From NCBI GenBank assembly GCA_004764695.1, contig SMSO01000037.1, forward strand, positions 3,386,747 through 3,450,746: a stretch of DNA of 64,000 nt. The letters are read 5' to 3'. The notes below the pieces were generated by a model. It was given only the letters and a program-made list of their open reading frames with translations. It searched no databases and was not told the DNA's origin. Positions within the stretch are counted from its first letter, which is position 1. Every line of letters begins with the position of its first letter. This stretch comes from Schizochytrium sp. TIO01 (lineage: Eukaryota > Protista > Bigyra: Labyrinthulomycetes). Of the stretch, positions 48,455 to 59,457 are shown one piece after another. The translations under genes and the position numbers were made by a program.

Positions 48455-50687
48455 TTATTTAAATTTATTCCTTCTAATTGATTTATGTCTGAAGAATCTG
48501 CAAAATGAAATTTGAAACAAAAAGAGAAGGGAAAAATAGGTTCTAGGACTACAAGTTATAGGTGGTAAAAAGTTAATCATACAATCTTGTTTCTCTCTAT
48601 TTTCCCTTTTCTTACTTGCCCATAGGATCTCCGTCGCGACTCTTCGCGCGGTAATACGAGTCCATCTCTGCCTCGTTCGGCTCAGCACGCGATGATGAGT
48701 TGGACGCAGACGTTCTGTGGCGTGGTGCTGGAGGAGACCCGCCGCGGGTCTCCTGTTTATGTCTGCGACGACGCTTACGATCACGGTCATTTATTCTCTT
48801 ATCTTCTGACTCACTGCCACTGTTGCTGTCACTGTCTGACGAAGAGTCGGAATCATAAGAGCGACGGCGATGACGAGAATGTCTTCTTTTCTTGCTCTTG
48901 CTGCGTTTGTTCTTTTTGCTTGAGGACGACGATGATGAGTTTTTCTTCCTCTTACTACGAGACGACCGATGGTTTTTACCCCGACTTGAGTCTGAACCAC
49001 TGTCGTCACTACTAGGATCATCTTCACTACTGTCGTCACGGTCAGAGTGCCTACTTCTGTGCTTGCTCTGTTTTGATTTTTTAGACTTCTTGTTTTCGCT
49101 CTTTTCAGACGAGATTTTTTCTTTGCTATCTTGAGCAGACGGTGAAGAAGACTTTTCATTTTCTGCATCATCCTGTTCAGCTTTAACAGATGGTGTGAGC
49201 TCAAAGTTTCCATTTGCATGTTTAATCGCTGCTATCTTAGCACGTCTGCCTGCTTCACCTGTACAATATGACCGTCGCGAGGTCTGCCAGCAGCATTGAA
49301 AACCCCATCGCATACTCTCACGATCAAAGTAAGATCCCCACACAGTTGTGTGATTGCCCTCCATAACATCTTCGTCGTACTTCGGTCCACTCTGAGTCAG
49401 TGTAATACCCTGGCGAATCCTTCGTCCATCGGGTGTGTGCTCCACGAATTCGGAGGATGCCGCGCAAAGCATACTTGGATCTGCTTCCTTACCCATCACA
49501 ACGTTTTCGCCATACTTTTCTTTAAGCGAGCGCTCTCGGATTTCTTTCGCTTTACGCTTGCGCTCCTCAAATTGTTTTTGTGCAAGTGCCACTTGTGTAG
49601 GATTTCCTTGCAAGTGAAGTGCATTGGGGTCCTCGCCGTCGTGACTTTGACGAGCCGAGGCATCCCATGCAAAGATCTGTGCCTTGGCAAGTTCCACAGC
49701 ATCACCAGAGTTCTTGACAAAGTTGTCACCAACATAATCTGCTTGAGTAGCGTCTAACTCTGGGTTTGGGTTCGCTCTCATGGAGCGTGTTTTAGGGTCA
49801 TAGAAGGCAGAATTGACATCCAAATTCAGAAGGTACTTTGCAGTATCTTCTCGAATCCGGAGGTTATGAACTGATGCCTTAACTTTATTGCCAACTTTAA
49901 ATGCTGTGGACTCATTGCCAAGCTGACGTACACCATCGTCCTTATCCGAGTCGGAATCTGAGTCCAAGTCTGACTCTGAGTCGGAATCTGAGTCGGAATC
50001 TGAGTCACCTGAGTTTTGATCTTTCTTTAATTTGCGATTCTCTTCTTTCTTGGCCTTTTTGGCCTCTTTCTTTGCATCCTTCTCCTTCTTGCGCTCAGTT
50101 CTCCTCTCTTCCTTTCTCTTAAACTTTTCATCCCGGATTCGTTGAGCCTCAATCCTCTTCTCCTGCTCTGCCTTTTCATGCAGCCTCATATTCTTTTTCA
50201 TATAGACTTCTGCATCCACGCCATTCCACCTGTCTCTGGACTCGTCGTAGGAGAGCTTGAGCCTTTCTTGTACGATCTCATCGCTCGCTAGGTTCGCGTT
50301 TGTTTTCCAAGCGCCTCGCTTCCGTGGTCTTTCCATGCAGTCTTTTGCCTGGTGTGTCTTGGCTCCACAATTCTTGCAGGCGTTCCGCTCAAACCTTTTT
50401 TTGCGATCTCCTACCAGGACATCTTTTCCACGCGCATACCATGAAGAGTTCAGGTCACTCTTGGCGGTTTCCTGACTCACACGCTGGTGTTTGAGTCCGC
50501 TTCCCTCGTGCTGGTTCAAGTACCAGGGCGCCTGGGATACGAATTCAGGCACGTGCGGGTTAAGCATGTTGCCTTCATTGTCGACTGCGGGCGGGAGCAC
50601 GCCGCTCTTGCGAGCCTCGTCAAGAGCTTTGTTACGGGCGAGCTCCTCTCGTGTCCGGAGCGCCGAAGACGACGCCGAGGATGCCAT
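48455..50687 (-). CDS. SLU7: Pre-mRNA second-step splicing factor Slu7; exons 50687-48616 and probably 48497-48455
   Basis: LDEARKSG..PP.VD.EG...NPHVPEFVSQAPWY, zinc knuckle CKNCGAKTHQAKDCMERPRK, NLRIREDTAKYLLNLDVNSAFYDPKTRSMR, NHTTVWGSYF...WGFQCC, C-terminal EMDSYY...DPM. First ATG is at 50687 (the track start at 50735 is GTG). Probable 118-nt intron at 48615-48498. Confidence 0.95.
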
Positions 50688-51087
50688 GTTGAGAAATGGT
50701 TGAAGCAGCAACCACCACCCACAGCGCCTCAACACGGAAAGGCAAGACTAACGCCAGGAACACGGGCTAGGAGATGGGAAGGCGCAGCGAGAAGGTATAA
50801 TGAAATAGGGAGCGGGGAAAAGGGCTGAGTAGAGAGTTTGCTCAACAACTTGAAGATGGCCAGCAATAGAAGCTCAAAGAGCGCATATTAATACACAGAG
50901 TTTAACTTTACTTATTGTAAGTCTTCGGACTAACGATTCGAGAGGAAATATGGAAACACGAGCTCTGCAAATGTGGGCCTATATCATAAATGGTGGTCAT
51001 ATGTAAGACGAAGCAGGAATAGGAAATGGTTAACCTTGGCAAAGCAATAACAATTAACTGGTTAATACAAGACTAAATGGAGCTACG

Positions 51088-52626
51088 CTACACGTTTGGC
51101 AAGTTTGTAAGAATGTGGGAATAGAAGTGGGCAAGCTGACCAAGCTGTGTGAATGATATCTTCTCGTCTATGCCGTGGAACATTGATGTTTCAGACATGT
51201 CCTGAAACACAACTGGGGTGAAGCGAAAAATGTGGCAATCGCTGTCCTTTGCAAAAAGATCCCAGTAATGACGCGTGTCAGTGTTCCCAATCATTAAAAC
51301 TGGCAGCGAAGGTGCAGCAAACACCTGGGCAACAGTTTTCTGAATGAATCGAAATTCAGCAGTGTCACTCGGGGTTTGCGGGGCAGGAGGAGTGTACTGT
51401 CCGTCATCGCCAAAACCCTCTACACGCACCCTTGAATCGTTAATTATTTTGCGATCGCGCGCAAGGACTTTCTCCAAGTCTCCATCCAAAGGATGAATAC
51501 GGTGATTCACCCATGCCACTGCCTCTCCTGGAATTGTATTAAGCTTCTCACCAGCCTGGACTCGTGTTACCGCCGTTGTTGTACGCACAGCAGCAGCTAC
51601 GACTGGGATGGACAAAGCAAGCTTTTCTAAGGCCTTGCGAAAAAGCCAGCGGTTCGAGACAACCATACGCATCCAGAACGAAAGTTCACTACCCAGATAG
51701 CACAGATGATCAATATACTGCTCCATATAGGGGGAGAAAGGCTCATCCTCTAAGCGTGCAATTGCTCGAGCCAGAACACCTACATTAGACTCTGGATTTG
51801 GCATAGAAGAATGCCCAGGAAGCAAGCTATCAACCGTCAACTTGACTGTACATGAGCCTTTTTCCATTGTGCCGATCAGCGCAACAGGCTTATTCACAGA
51901 TGGAACGACTCCTTTGATTAAAAAGGGGCCCTCGTCTAAAACAAAAGCAGGCGAACATCCCTTTAGTTTTTCTTTTAGACGCAAAGAAAGGTGTGCTGCT
52001 CCCTCCATACCGCCACTTTCCTCATCATGTCCATAAACAAAATAAACTGTTTGTTCTAGTTGCTGCCTTCCTTGACCTAAAATCTGCTCAATTGCAGCGA
52101 GCTGTGTAATGACGTTGTGCTTATTATCTATGGCACCACGGCCCCACACAAGCTCTTTTTCTTCATCAATGTATCCAGAAAATGGCCCATGCTGCCATCG
52201 TTTTGCTTGATATGCAGGAACAACATCTAAGTGAGCGCAAATAACAACAGGTGCCAGCTTTGAGTTTGCACCAACCCACTCATAAAGAAGGCTGTACTTG
52301 TTCACAGTCTCAATGTTGATATGTTTGGCAGAATGTACTAATGGGAATTCTTTGCGTAGAAGGTCATGAAGTTTGAGAAACTCATCCTCATCGGTCTGTT
52401 CATTTGAATCTTCATCATGAGAAATCGTGGGAATGCGAATGCTCTTTGCCAGGATATTGGCAAGAGCCCGGCGCCGCTTGCTCGTGAACGGCGAAGTCTC
52501 TAAAGACACTGTCCCAACGACCTGGTGATTGGGAAGCATCATTGCGTTGCTTACCATCACGGCAAGTACTGCAATAACGAGTGAAATAAGTCCCTATGAT
52601 GAGCATATCAGTATTTGATTTCTCAT
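51088..52626 (-). CDS. Peptidase M20 family protein (PM20D1/carboxypeptidase S-like); N-terminal signal anchor interrupted by an in-frame TAG at 52596-52594
   Basis: SIRIPTIS, SLLYEWVG, AHLDVVPA, WGRGAIDNK, GHDEESGG, VLDEG, GHSSMP, RTTTAVT, GNTDTRHY, FHGIDEKI. The uninterrupted ORF spans 52593-51088; an upstream in-frame ATG lies at 52626. Confidence 0.9.
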
Positions 52627-53750
52627 GGCTGTCACCCTGATGAGTAGTTTCTGCGCGACACATTGTGACACAGACACTGATGAAACCCCAGATCATTTTC
52701 CTATTCAACAAGCACAGGCATGCATTGCTGTGTCCAGGCCGAATAATCGTTCTGACAGTCATGATTACTGTCTATGGCTTGTTGACCCTACTAAGAGTTA
52801 TTGTAACCAAATCGAGCGCAACAGAAAAAAACCGGCACCAGGCTTACCCACCAAATGCCCTGAATCGCTCTACACGTTCCTGTATAAAGTTGCCTCGAGG
52901 CTGTCTCGGTGGTTCGAATCTGGGTTTGCCTCTAGTATAAGGCAGGTTTTGCGAATTGATTAGCCCACACACCTCGGAGTTTTGCCTGTCGTTGCTCTTG
53001 GTCGACTCGTTTGCTGGCTGAAGTTCACCAAAGTTTGCAAAATCGTCGGAGAAAAGTGGAGTCCCCTCTGCAAGTGAGTTAAATAAAATAAGTTACAAAG
53101 CTGTTTACCCTTCAGAGCAGAGGTAACGTCGGAGCTCTTGTTCTGACTATTGCGTATTTGTTGTAATGCACTTTGCAACAGCTTAAGACATCAAAAGCAA
53201 GGACGAGTTGCTGGGTAGTACCTAGTCCGCGGACGTTCTCTTGGCACACTTCACTTTTCTGCCTTTTCTGGGTAAGTATAGAGTATTGTTATTACTACTA
53301 ATTGTACAATTTAGGATAGGAACCTAGTACTTTCTCAATCTCTAGATAGATAGATAGATAGATACGTACTACCTCAGCCAGATGAAAATATTGAGGACCA
53401 TATGAATGGGATTTTGACTTTTGAAGTAATCTGGAGTCCCGCTTTGATGGAGAGACAATGTGTGCTACCATATGGTTTGATAATCTTTATTTCTCGTCTA
53501 TTCTGCGACAAAAAACTTTGGCACTGAATGCAAATTGAAAACGAAGCTGTTTCTAATGAAGAACAAAGAACAACTGCATAAAATCAAAAAACCGCAATCG
53601 TGAACGAGAGTAAACGATATGGCTAACAGGGAGGTATAGCTATCGAGTTTGCTTTAAATAATTGTGTCAAGCCTATCTTCTCATACTTTGAAATGATTAA
53701 GAGATTTATTATTTATTCTAATGCTCAGCAAGACTCATTCATCTTCAATC

Positions 53751-55205
53751 TCAGGCCAGGCGGCTTGGCAAGGTATAGAAAGCGATGCAAAGTTGAGATA
53801 ATACAATTGAAGTCATTTGTAAATGATGGAAAACCTTGATGGTTGGGAAGATAGCAACTGGTGACGCATTTTCTTTCCAACCAAAGCGAGAGACCTGATC
53901 GATCGAAGAGATCCCGACAGTGCTGGTAAGAAAAAGTAAGAGGCATAGCATTACTAGGCGCACTGTTTTGCGAATTTTCAACATTGCCAATAAATATAGC
54001 TGCTGGTTGTTTACAACCATGTAACTAGGCCCACTTTGATTGACGGCTGCATGAAATACTTGGGAATTGTCAATTTTGATTTTGTCCGAGGAAAGTGAAA
54101 TAGTTTTTAATTTCCCTGAACCAACGAAAGGAGCCTCTGACATTTTTCTTCCAATGCTACTCGTATAAGCTATAGTGTAGGACTCTGACCGATCTCCGTT
54201 GTTTTGAGAATCCATCTGAATATCTGGCGAAAGTACGTGTGCTCCTTTTATTTTCGCAAACTTAAGGCTGTTGTAATAAGCTGACGATCCTGAATTGTCA
54301 CGACCATCAAGGGGTGATACTGCGTTGCCTGCAGGAATCGGTGCTGTCGAGCTTGACCTAAATTCGCTATGAACTTTTGCAGCGAGGCGAAACAATTGAT
54401 GCAAGTAGAAGGCACCAGCAGCATATGAAGCAAGTATCAATAATATTAGAGGAACTAAAAGAAACCCCATGATACTTCGCTCAGTGCGTTTTTCATATAT
54501 AGCACCCGTGAGTCCGACAAACACAGAAAAAGCTTCAAACACATAAATGTATTTGCGTGATGCAAGTAGTCTGGAGTGCTGATTTGGAGTTAAACCACCA
54601 GAGCTAAGAGCGATTTGAAGCCAAGTTAAACTCACATGCAAAAGAGCAAGCGCAGAAAATCCTACAGCAAGAGGACCAAAAGCACGACTAGGCCCGTTAA
54701 ATCGTCCTTTGTATAGAACATGAGTATCAGATAGTGGTCCGTCTCGTATCGTTGCAGACAATGCTACCATCAATGCCCACAACGCCGCCATAATAGTCCC
54801 AATCAAAGCAAGAATAATTGTACTCAGCAAGTGGAGGCTTGATACAAGTTTATTCTGCTGCTTCAGACGAATCATTGCCGAGCAGAGGGCGATCACTGTG
54901 AGAATACCTAATATAAACGAAAAAAAGTTCCACGCAATTGTGATTTTAGTTGATATGCTTGGTTCCGTGCATATAGAACCCGTGAACCCATAAAATGTAT
55001 TGCAATAGCATCCAGCCATCGTATCATTAGCTTGGGTCGAGTAATTTCCATTAATGAACCATCCTGTTCTGGAGTAGCACAGCTCATTGGCAGGGCAATC
55101 GTAGTCCGAGACACACGATTGATTTGCTGCAACTCCGACGCTTATTTCATTGAAGAAGATGAATAATGCCCACACCCGTTTGCGAGCATTGTGCGAACGG
55201 TTCAT
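53751..55205 (-). CDS. Orphan seven-TM (GPCR-like) protein with an N-terminal EGF-like Cys-rich domain
   Basis: Signal peptide; CVSDYDCPANELC...GCYCNTFYGFTGSIC; about seven hydrophobic segments with a long S-rich loop between TM5 and TM6. Confidence 0.7.
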   Translation of the reverse strand: MNRSHNARKRVWALFIFFNEISVGVAANQSCVSDYDCPANELCYSRTGWFINGNYSTQANDTMAGCYCNTFYGFTGSICTEPSISTKITIAWNFFSFILGILTVIALCSAMIRLKQQNKLVSSLHLLSTIILALIGTIMAALWALMVALSATIRDGPLSDTHVLYKGRFNGPSRAFGPLAVGFSALALLHVSLTWLQIALSSGGLTPNQHSRLLASRKYIYVFEAFSVFVGLTGAIYEKRTERSIMGFLLVPLILLILASYAAGAFYLHQLFRLAAKVHSEFRSSSTAPIPAGNAVSPLDGRDNSGSSAYYNSLKFAKIKGAHVLSPDIQMDSQNNGDRSESYTIAYTSSIGRKMSEAPFVGSGKLKTISLSSDKIKIDNSQVFHAAVNQSGPSYMVVNNQQLYLLAMLKIRKTVRLVMLCLLLFLTSTVGISSIDQVSRFGWKENASPVAIFPTIKVFHHLQMTSIVLSQLCIAFYTLPSRLA

Positions 55206-56666
55206 GAAACCTCGATAGCTTCAGACCAGAAGCAACTATAAAAAGGCGGGGGGTGTTCATGACCCTCGTGTCGTCACACTCGAACCAAGGGTTACAAACA
55301 CCACCGTCAATAAGGTCTGTTGCCAACTTTTGTTCTCCATTGAGCACTTCATTTATACTACTAGAGTGCGACACATGGAGTTCTGTCCTAGCGAATCAGC
55401 TAGCAAGCCAATCAAATACGTACAACCTACAGCTTTTAGAACCAGTTTTTAATACTTATTACACAAATTCATCTTTTATCGTAACGGACACTCCTGAGGC
55501 CGGTTCGAATTCGTGCTTTAGGCCTACACAACGTTATTCCCTTCTTATCTAGGAGAAGTACTTTGGTTTGGGGATGTCCGTACTGCCTTCATCACAACAA
55601 CAGGGTAGGCTGAAGAACTTCGCGATGTCGCTGCGACAAAGGAAGGTCTTCATCACCCGTTTTGTGTTTCTCATTGAGCTGAAGGGTGACTTGCTCATTG
55701 ACAACAACATCATGAACAGATCAATCAATGATAACTTCTCTTCATAACCCCCTCAAGCCTTTGAATTGTCTCATAGCTCTCTTTCCAGGTGGGGTATAAT
55801 AGTATTGTATAGGGGTGTATAGTTCTACAATGTGCAAATCTCAAGCAATTTCTCAATAGTCCGTACATGTTATTGTGCACCTCTTGAATCAAAATACACC
55901 CACACTGCCCTCCTCCCTGCACGCGCCAGTAAGCGGCCTCCCTCCTTCGCCAATGTTTTTCCCGATGCTTTTGACTACTTCTCCATCGCATCGCATCGCT
56001 CTAGAAAGCCTCTGACAGTGGGGTATAACTTGCGCTACCGCCTCTTGCCTTTATTTCCTCACCCATCATTCCGAAGGTCCTTCCGGTCGCAGCATATACA
56101 TCTGCAATGCTCTTTCACGCGCTGCGACGGGTCCCGTGCACCCTTTTGGAGCACGCTTCTTATTTGTCTAAAAGGGGAAAGAAATGCTTTTTGATAAAGT
56201 GAAAAATAGCTTTGCAAAGACTAATTTTCATCACTCACTCCTATTCCTGATGCATATACTCCTATACCAAAATAAAAACTATTGCGCTCGCCATCATCGA
56301 TAGGTATAGATATATATGTCCCTAAAGATGGTGTTTATTACAACTCGAACTGAGTATATGTGATTGAGCTGGGCTCGCACGTGTAATTTACGCTCATAAA
56401 CGTTTACAATGCCCCTGTGTGGGCTGCTTAGATAAGGTGTTGGAGCGAGTGCACGGGTCTCCAGGGTGTATGAGGTACTCTTTTGGGGTGTGCTTTTGTT
56501 TATCTATTGTTCATTCGCTGTTCGACTCGTAAAGAAGAAGTTGTGTGCCAAAGACCGCAAGCGATCAAGAGCAGCGGCGACTGATTTGTTCACGCAATAC
56601 TTCTACTGCGTGGGGTACGATAGCGGTCCTGCTGCTGTCGAGGACGTGGATTGAGGCGTCTCCAAG

Positions 56667-57591
56667 ATGGCCGACGTCGAGGATGACCCGAAGATGCGAA
56701 AGCTGATCGATGCCGTCGAGGACGAGAACGAGGCTGGCGTCAAGCGCATGCTGCAGCGTGGTGTGGACGTGAATGGCTCCCTCAGGGGAGGATATAGCCC
56801 TCTCCATGCGGCAGCTCGCTTTAATTCAAAGGACATGATCAAGTTCCTCATTGCAAACGGTGCTGAGGTGGACCTCGTCAACAGCGTAAGTCAGACCTAG
56901 ATGTAGGACCTGAGCAGCAGGAGCAAGGACTGCTTGAAGAATGCATTGGGAATTGAGACAAAGCTTTATCCTCACAGAAGATTGGAGCATGATCAAGCTT
57001 GTTGAGTCTGATCTGTGAATGCAGATACAAGTTTGAGGTCTCATACGTGACCAAACTAATTCAATTTTGTGCACGGCTCGTTGCTGTGAAGGATAGATTG
57101 TGTGTTTGAATACACGAGGAAAGTAGAGGATGAGACAGACTTGACTAACAAGGTTGTTTTTCGTGTATTGAATATCTATTGCTTGACTAAATATTCATTG
57201 CGGTGCTAAACCACGGGACGTACATGGTTGGGTTTTATTTTCAAATCTACAGGACAAAAAGAAGGAGACTCCTTTGCACACAGCATGCCATCAGGGACAG
57301 CTTTCAGCAGTAAAGACGCTTGTGCGTAGTGGTGCAAGCCTGAACGCTCGGACGAAGCAGAATCGTACTCCGGTCGATGTTGCCCATATCCGCGGCCACG
57401 AAGATGTGGTTGATTACTTGGAAGGCAAGGGGCTTCGTGACGCTAAGGCTGCCAAGAAAAAGCTCAAGGCTGCCAAAAAGAAGAACAAAAAGAAGAAGAG
57501 CAAGTCTGGGGTCACAGGCATTACCGGAATCTTGCTTCCAATCATGTTTTTGCTCTTCCTCATTCTGATCATCAACCTTATTGGCTCATAA
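56667..57591 (+). CDS. Ankyrin-repeat protein with Lys-rich linker and C-terminal TM; exons 56667-56885 and 57253-57591
   Basis: GYSPLHAAA...IKFLIANGAEVD | ETPLHTACHQG...VKTLVRSGASLN...RTPVDVAH. Donor AGC|GTAAGT at 56886 and acceptor CTACAG| at 57252 give a phase-0 join. Confidence 0.92.
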
Positions 57592-59078
57592 ACGCGGTTC
57601 TCTGATGCACAGAGCGGCTTCTATATGAAGTGAATTGCTGAGCGCGTTCCCACGAGCCTTGATTCCACACATGCGCACGATTGGCCAGGTCGCTAAATCG
57701 AGCCAAGGCTTTGCTAGATGGTACATTCTTTCTGATCGTCTCAGCTTTTCGCTCTTGACCAAATTTTCCCGTCTATTATGCACAGCTCTTATCATGAAAT
57801 TAACAGAAAGGGCTCCTTCAAAAAATAGATTTGATATCTGATCGATCAAAAATTAAAAAATTTGACAAATATCTTACAAGTCAACATTCACACATGTGCT
57901 GTTGCTCCAAATTAGCCAAAACTAGCATGTTGCATTTATTGTTTCATTGAACCTAAAGAATCCTTATTCATTCCTTGATACTCACAATTGAACATATGGC
58001 GGAAAGTCAACAAACATCGTCATGATTTGAAGAGTATTCAACAACAATAATCGAGTCTCAGAAACTTAGCTCGATGAGGGTCGTAGTACGTAGTATGCTA
58101 ATTACTTATGTCAATTCTTTGATCACACATCAACGGGTTGCCATCTTTTGTTTCACTTTCTCGCTTAAGTAATTGCGTACAACGGTAGCTCCTATAGTCA
58201 GTTTTGTTAGTCAGTTGATTTGTGCGCCGTGTTTACATAAGCACTTCTACGTTTTGCACTTGTAATGTCTGCAATACCGGTACAAAACCCGGCGATTTTT
58301 ATATTTATTTTCTCTAGTTGAGTTTTTATTCCGAAAAGTCAATTGAAGAGGAAGAGAGTCCATACATACAAACCAGAGCTGACTCCTAATACGTTGTTTG
58401 GTGAAAAGAAATATTAAAAAAAATGCTTGAAGTATTTAATTTGAATAGAGAAAAGTTCCGTGCACACCAACAAAGGAGGGTAAGGAAAGATAGGCAGAGG
58501 TGAGCCAAATCCAGCAAGCGTCGAGATCGAGGAGAAGCTTGCGTTAACAATGTATCCCTGTTGTAGGTGTTGAAGGAGACGAGTAGGACATTCAGTAACA
58601 AAGTAAGTTAGCAGAATGTGCCACTGAAAAAGGGGTGAAAATCAAAGCCAACACATGAATTTCTTTGCGTTGGCAGCGAATGCCTCCCAACTTGGAATGA
58701 ATGCGCATTATGCATGCAGGTTAGGGGCGAAGAGATACCTCAGGTTTCATAAATAAGGTGATTAAAAAGATGGTAGAGGAGGTGATAAATAACTGCGTGG
58801 AGTTGGTGAGCGCATTTACCTCAACAAATCCGACACATCTTCTGAAGCTTGTATGTTTGTTTTCTAAATTGGGGTTAAAGAAGTAGAGGGATGGTGACGA
58901 TTTTAGAGCGCGTGAGTAAATAAATATTAAAAAAAGAAAAGAAAAGAGGAGAAAGTCGAGAAACGGAGAGAAAGGTATTCAGAGGCTCTGACAGCCTTGA
59001 AATGCATAGATTCTGGAATGCGATTTTGCGTAAACCACACCACCATGAACTACAACAACAACTACTACTACTAAGAGA

Positions 59079-59457
59079 TTAAATAAAAAAAGAAACGATG
59101 GTAATCGTGGAGAAGTGACGCACGAGCGAGTGCACGTGGTCATCTTGGTCGCTGCAGCGGTCTGACTTGCGCTCCAGCACAAATTCAATGTTAGGCAGCT
59201 TGCGGGGAGCAACTTGGCGTGCCTGTTCCCAGTCAGCACGGAAGCTTGCTGTCGTCCTTGCCAGTTGCCCCGTACTTGTTCGAGGCGCAGGAGCAGTTCT
59301 GGCCGACATGGTTGCACTCGTGCACGTCGCTGACGAAGTCGAGGTCCTCTCGAAACGCCATAGCAGCGCTCATTGTCGAGTGCCGAGACTGCGAGAACGT
59401 CTTGACCGGCAAACGGGTATGTTTTGCGCCGCGCACAAAAGCTCCTCTCGCCAACAT
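59079..59457 (-). CDS. Putative small protein split over two overlapping frames (ORF1 59457 or 59373 to 59233; +1-frame ORF2 to 59079)
   Basis: Both frames show the C/G-ending codon bias of real genes in this window, each on its own side of the TGC-TGA junction. The island is flanked by AT-rich DNA. Confidence 0.45.

Noticed and set aside
50688-50735. ORF-track N-terminal extension of SLU7 (MLRRCGWW...)
   Set aside because: It begins at GTG; the first ATG at 50687 matches the usual Slu7 N-terminus.
59005-59050. Hairpin downstream of the TGC-TGA locus as a SECIS element
   Set aside because: The core reads ATGG rather than ATGA and the AA run lies on the wrong side of the apical loop; not a convincing SECIS by eye.
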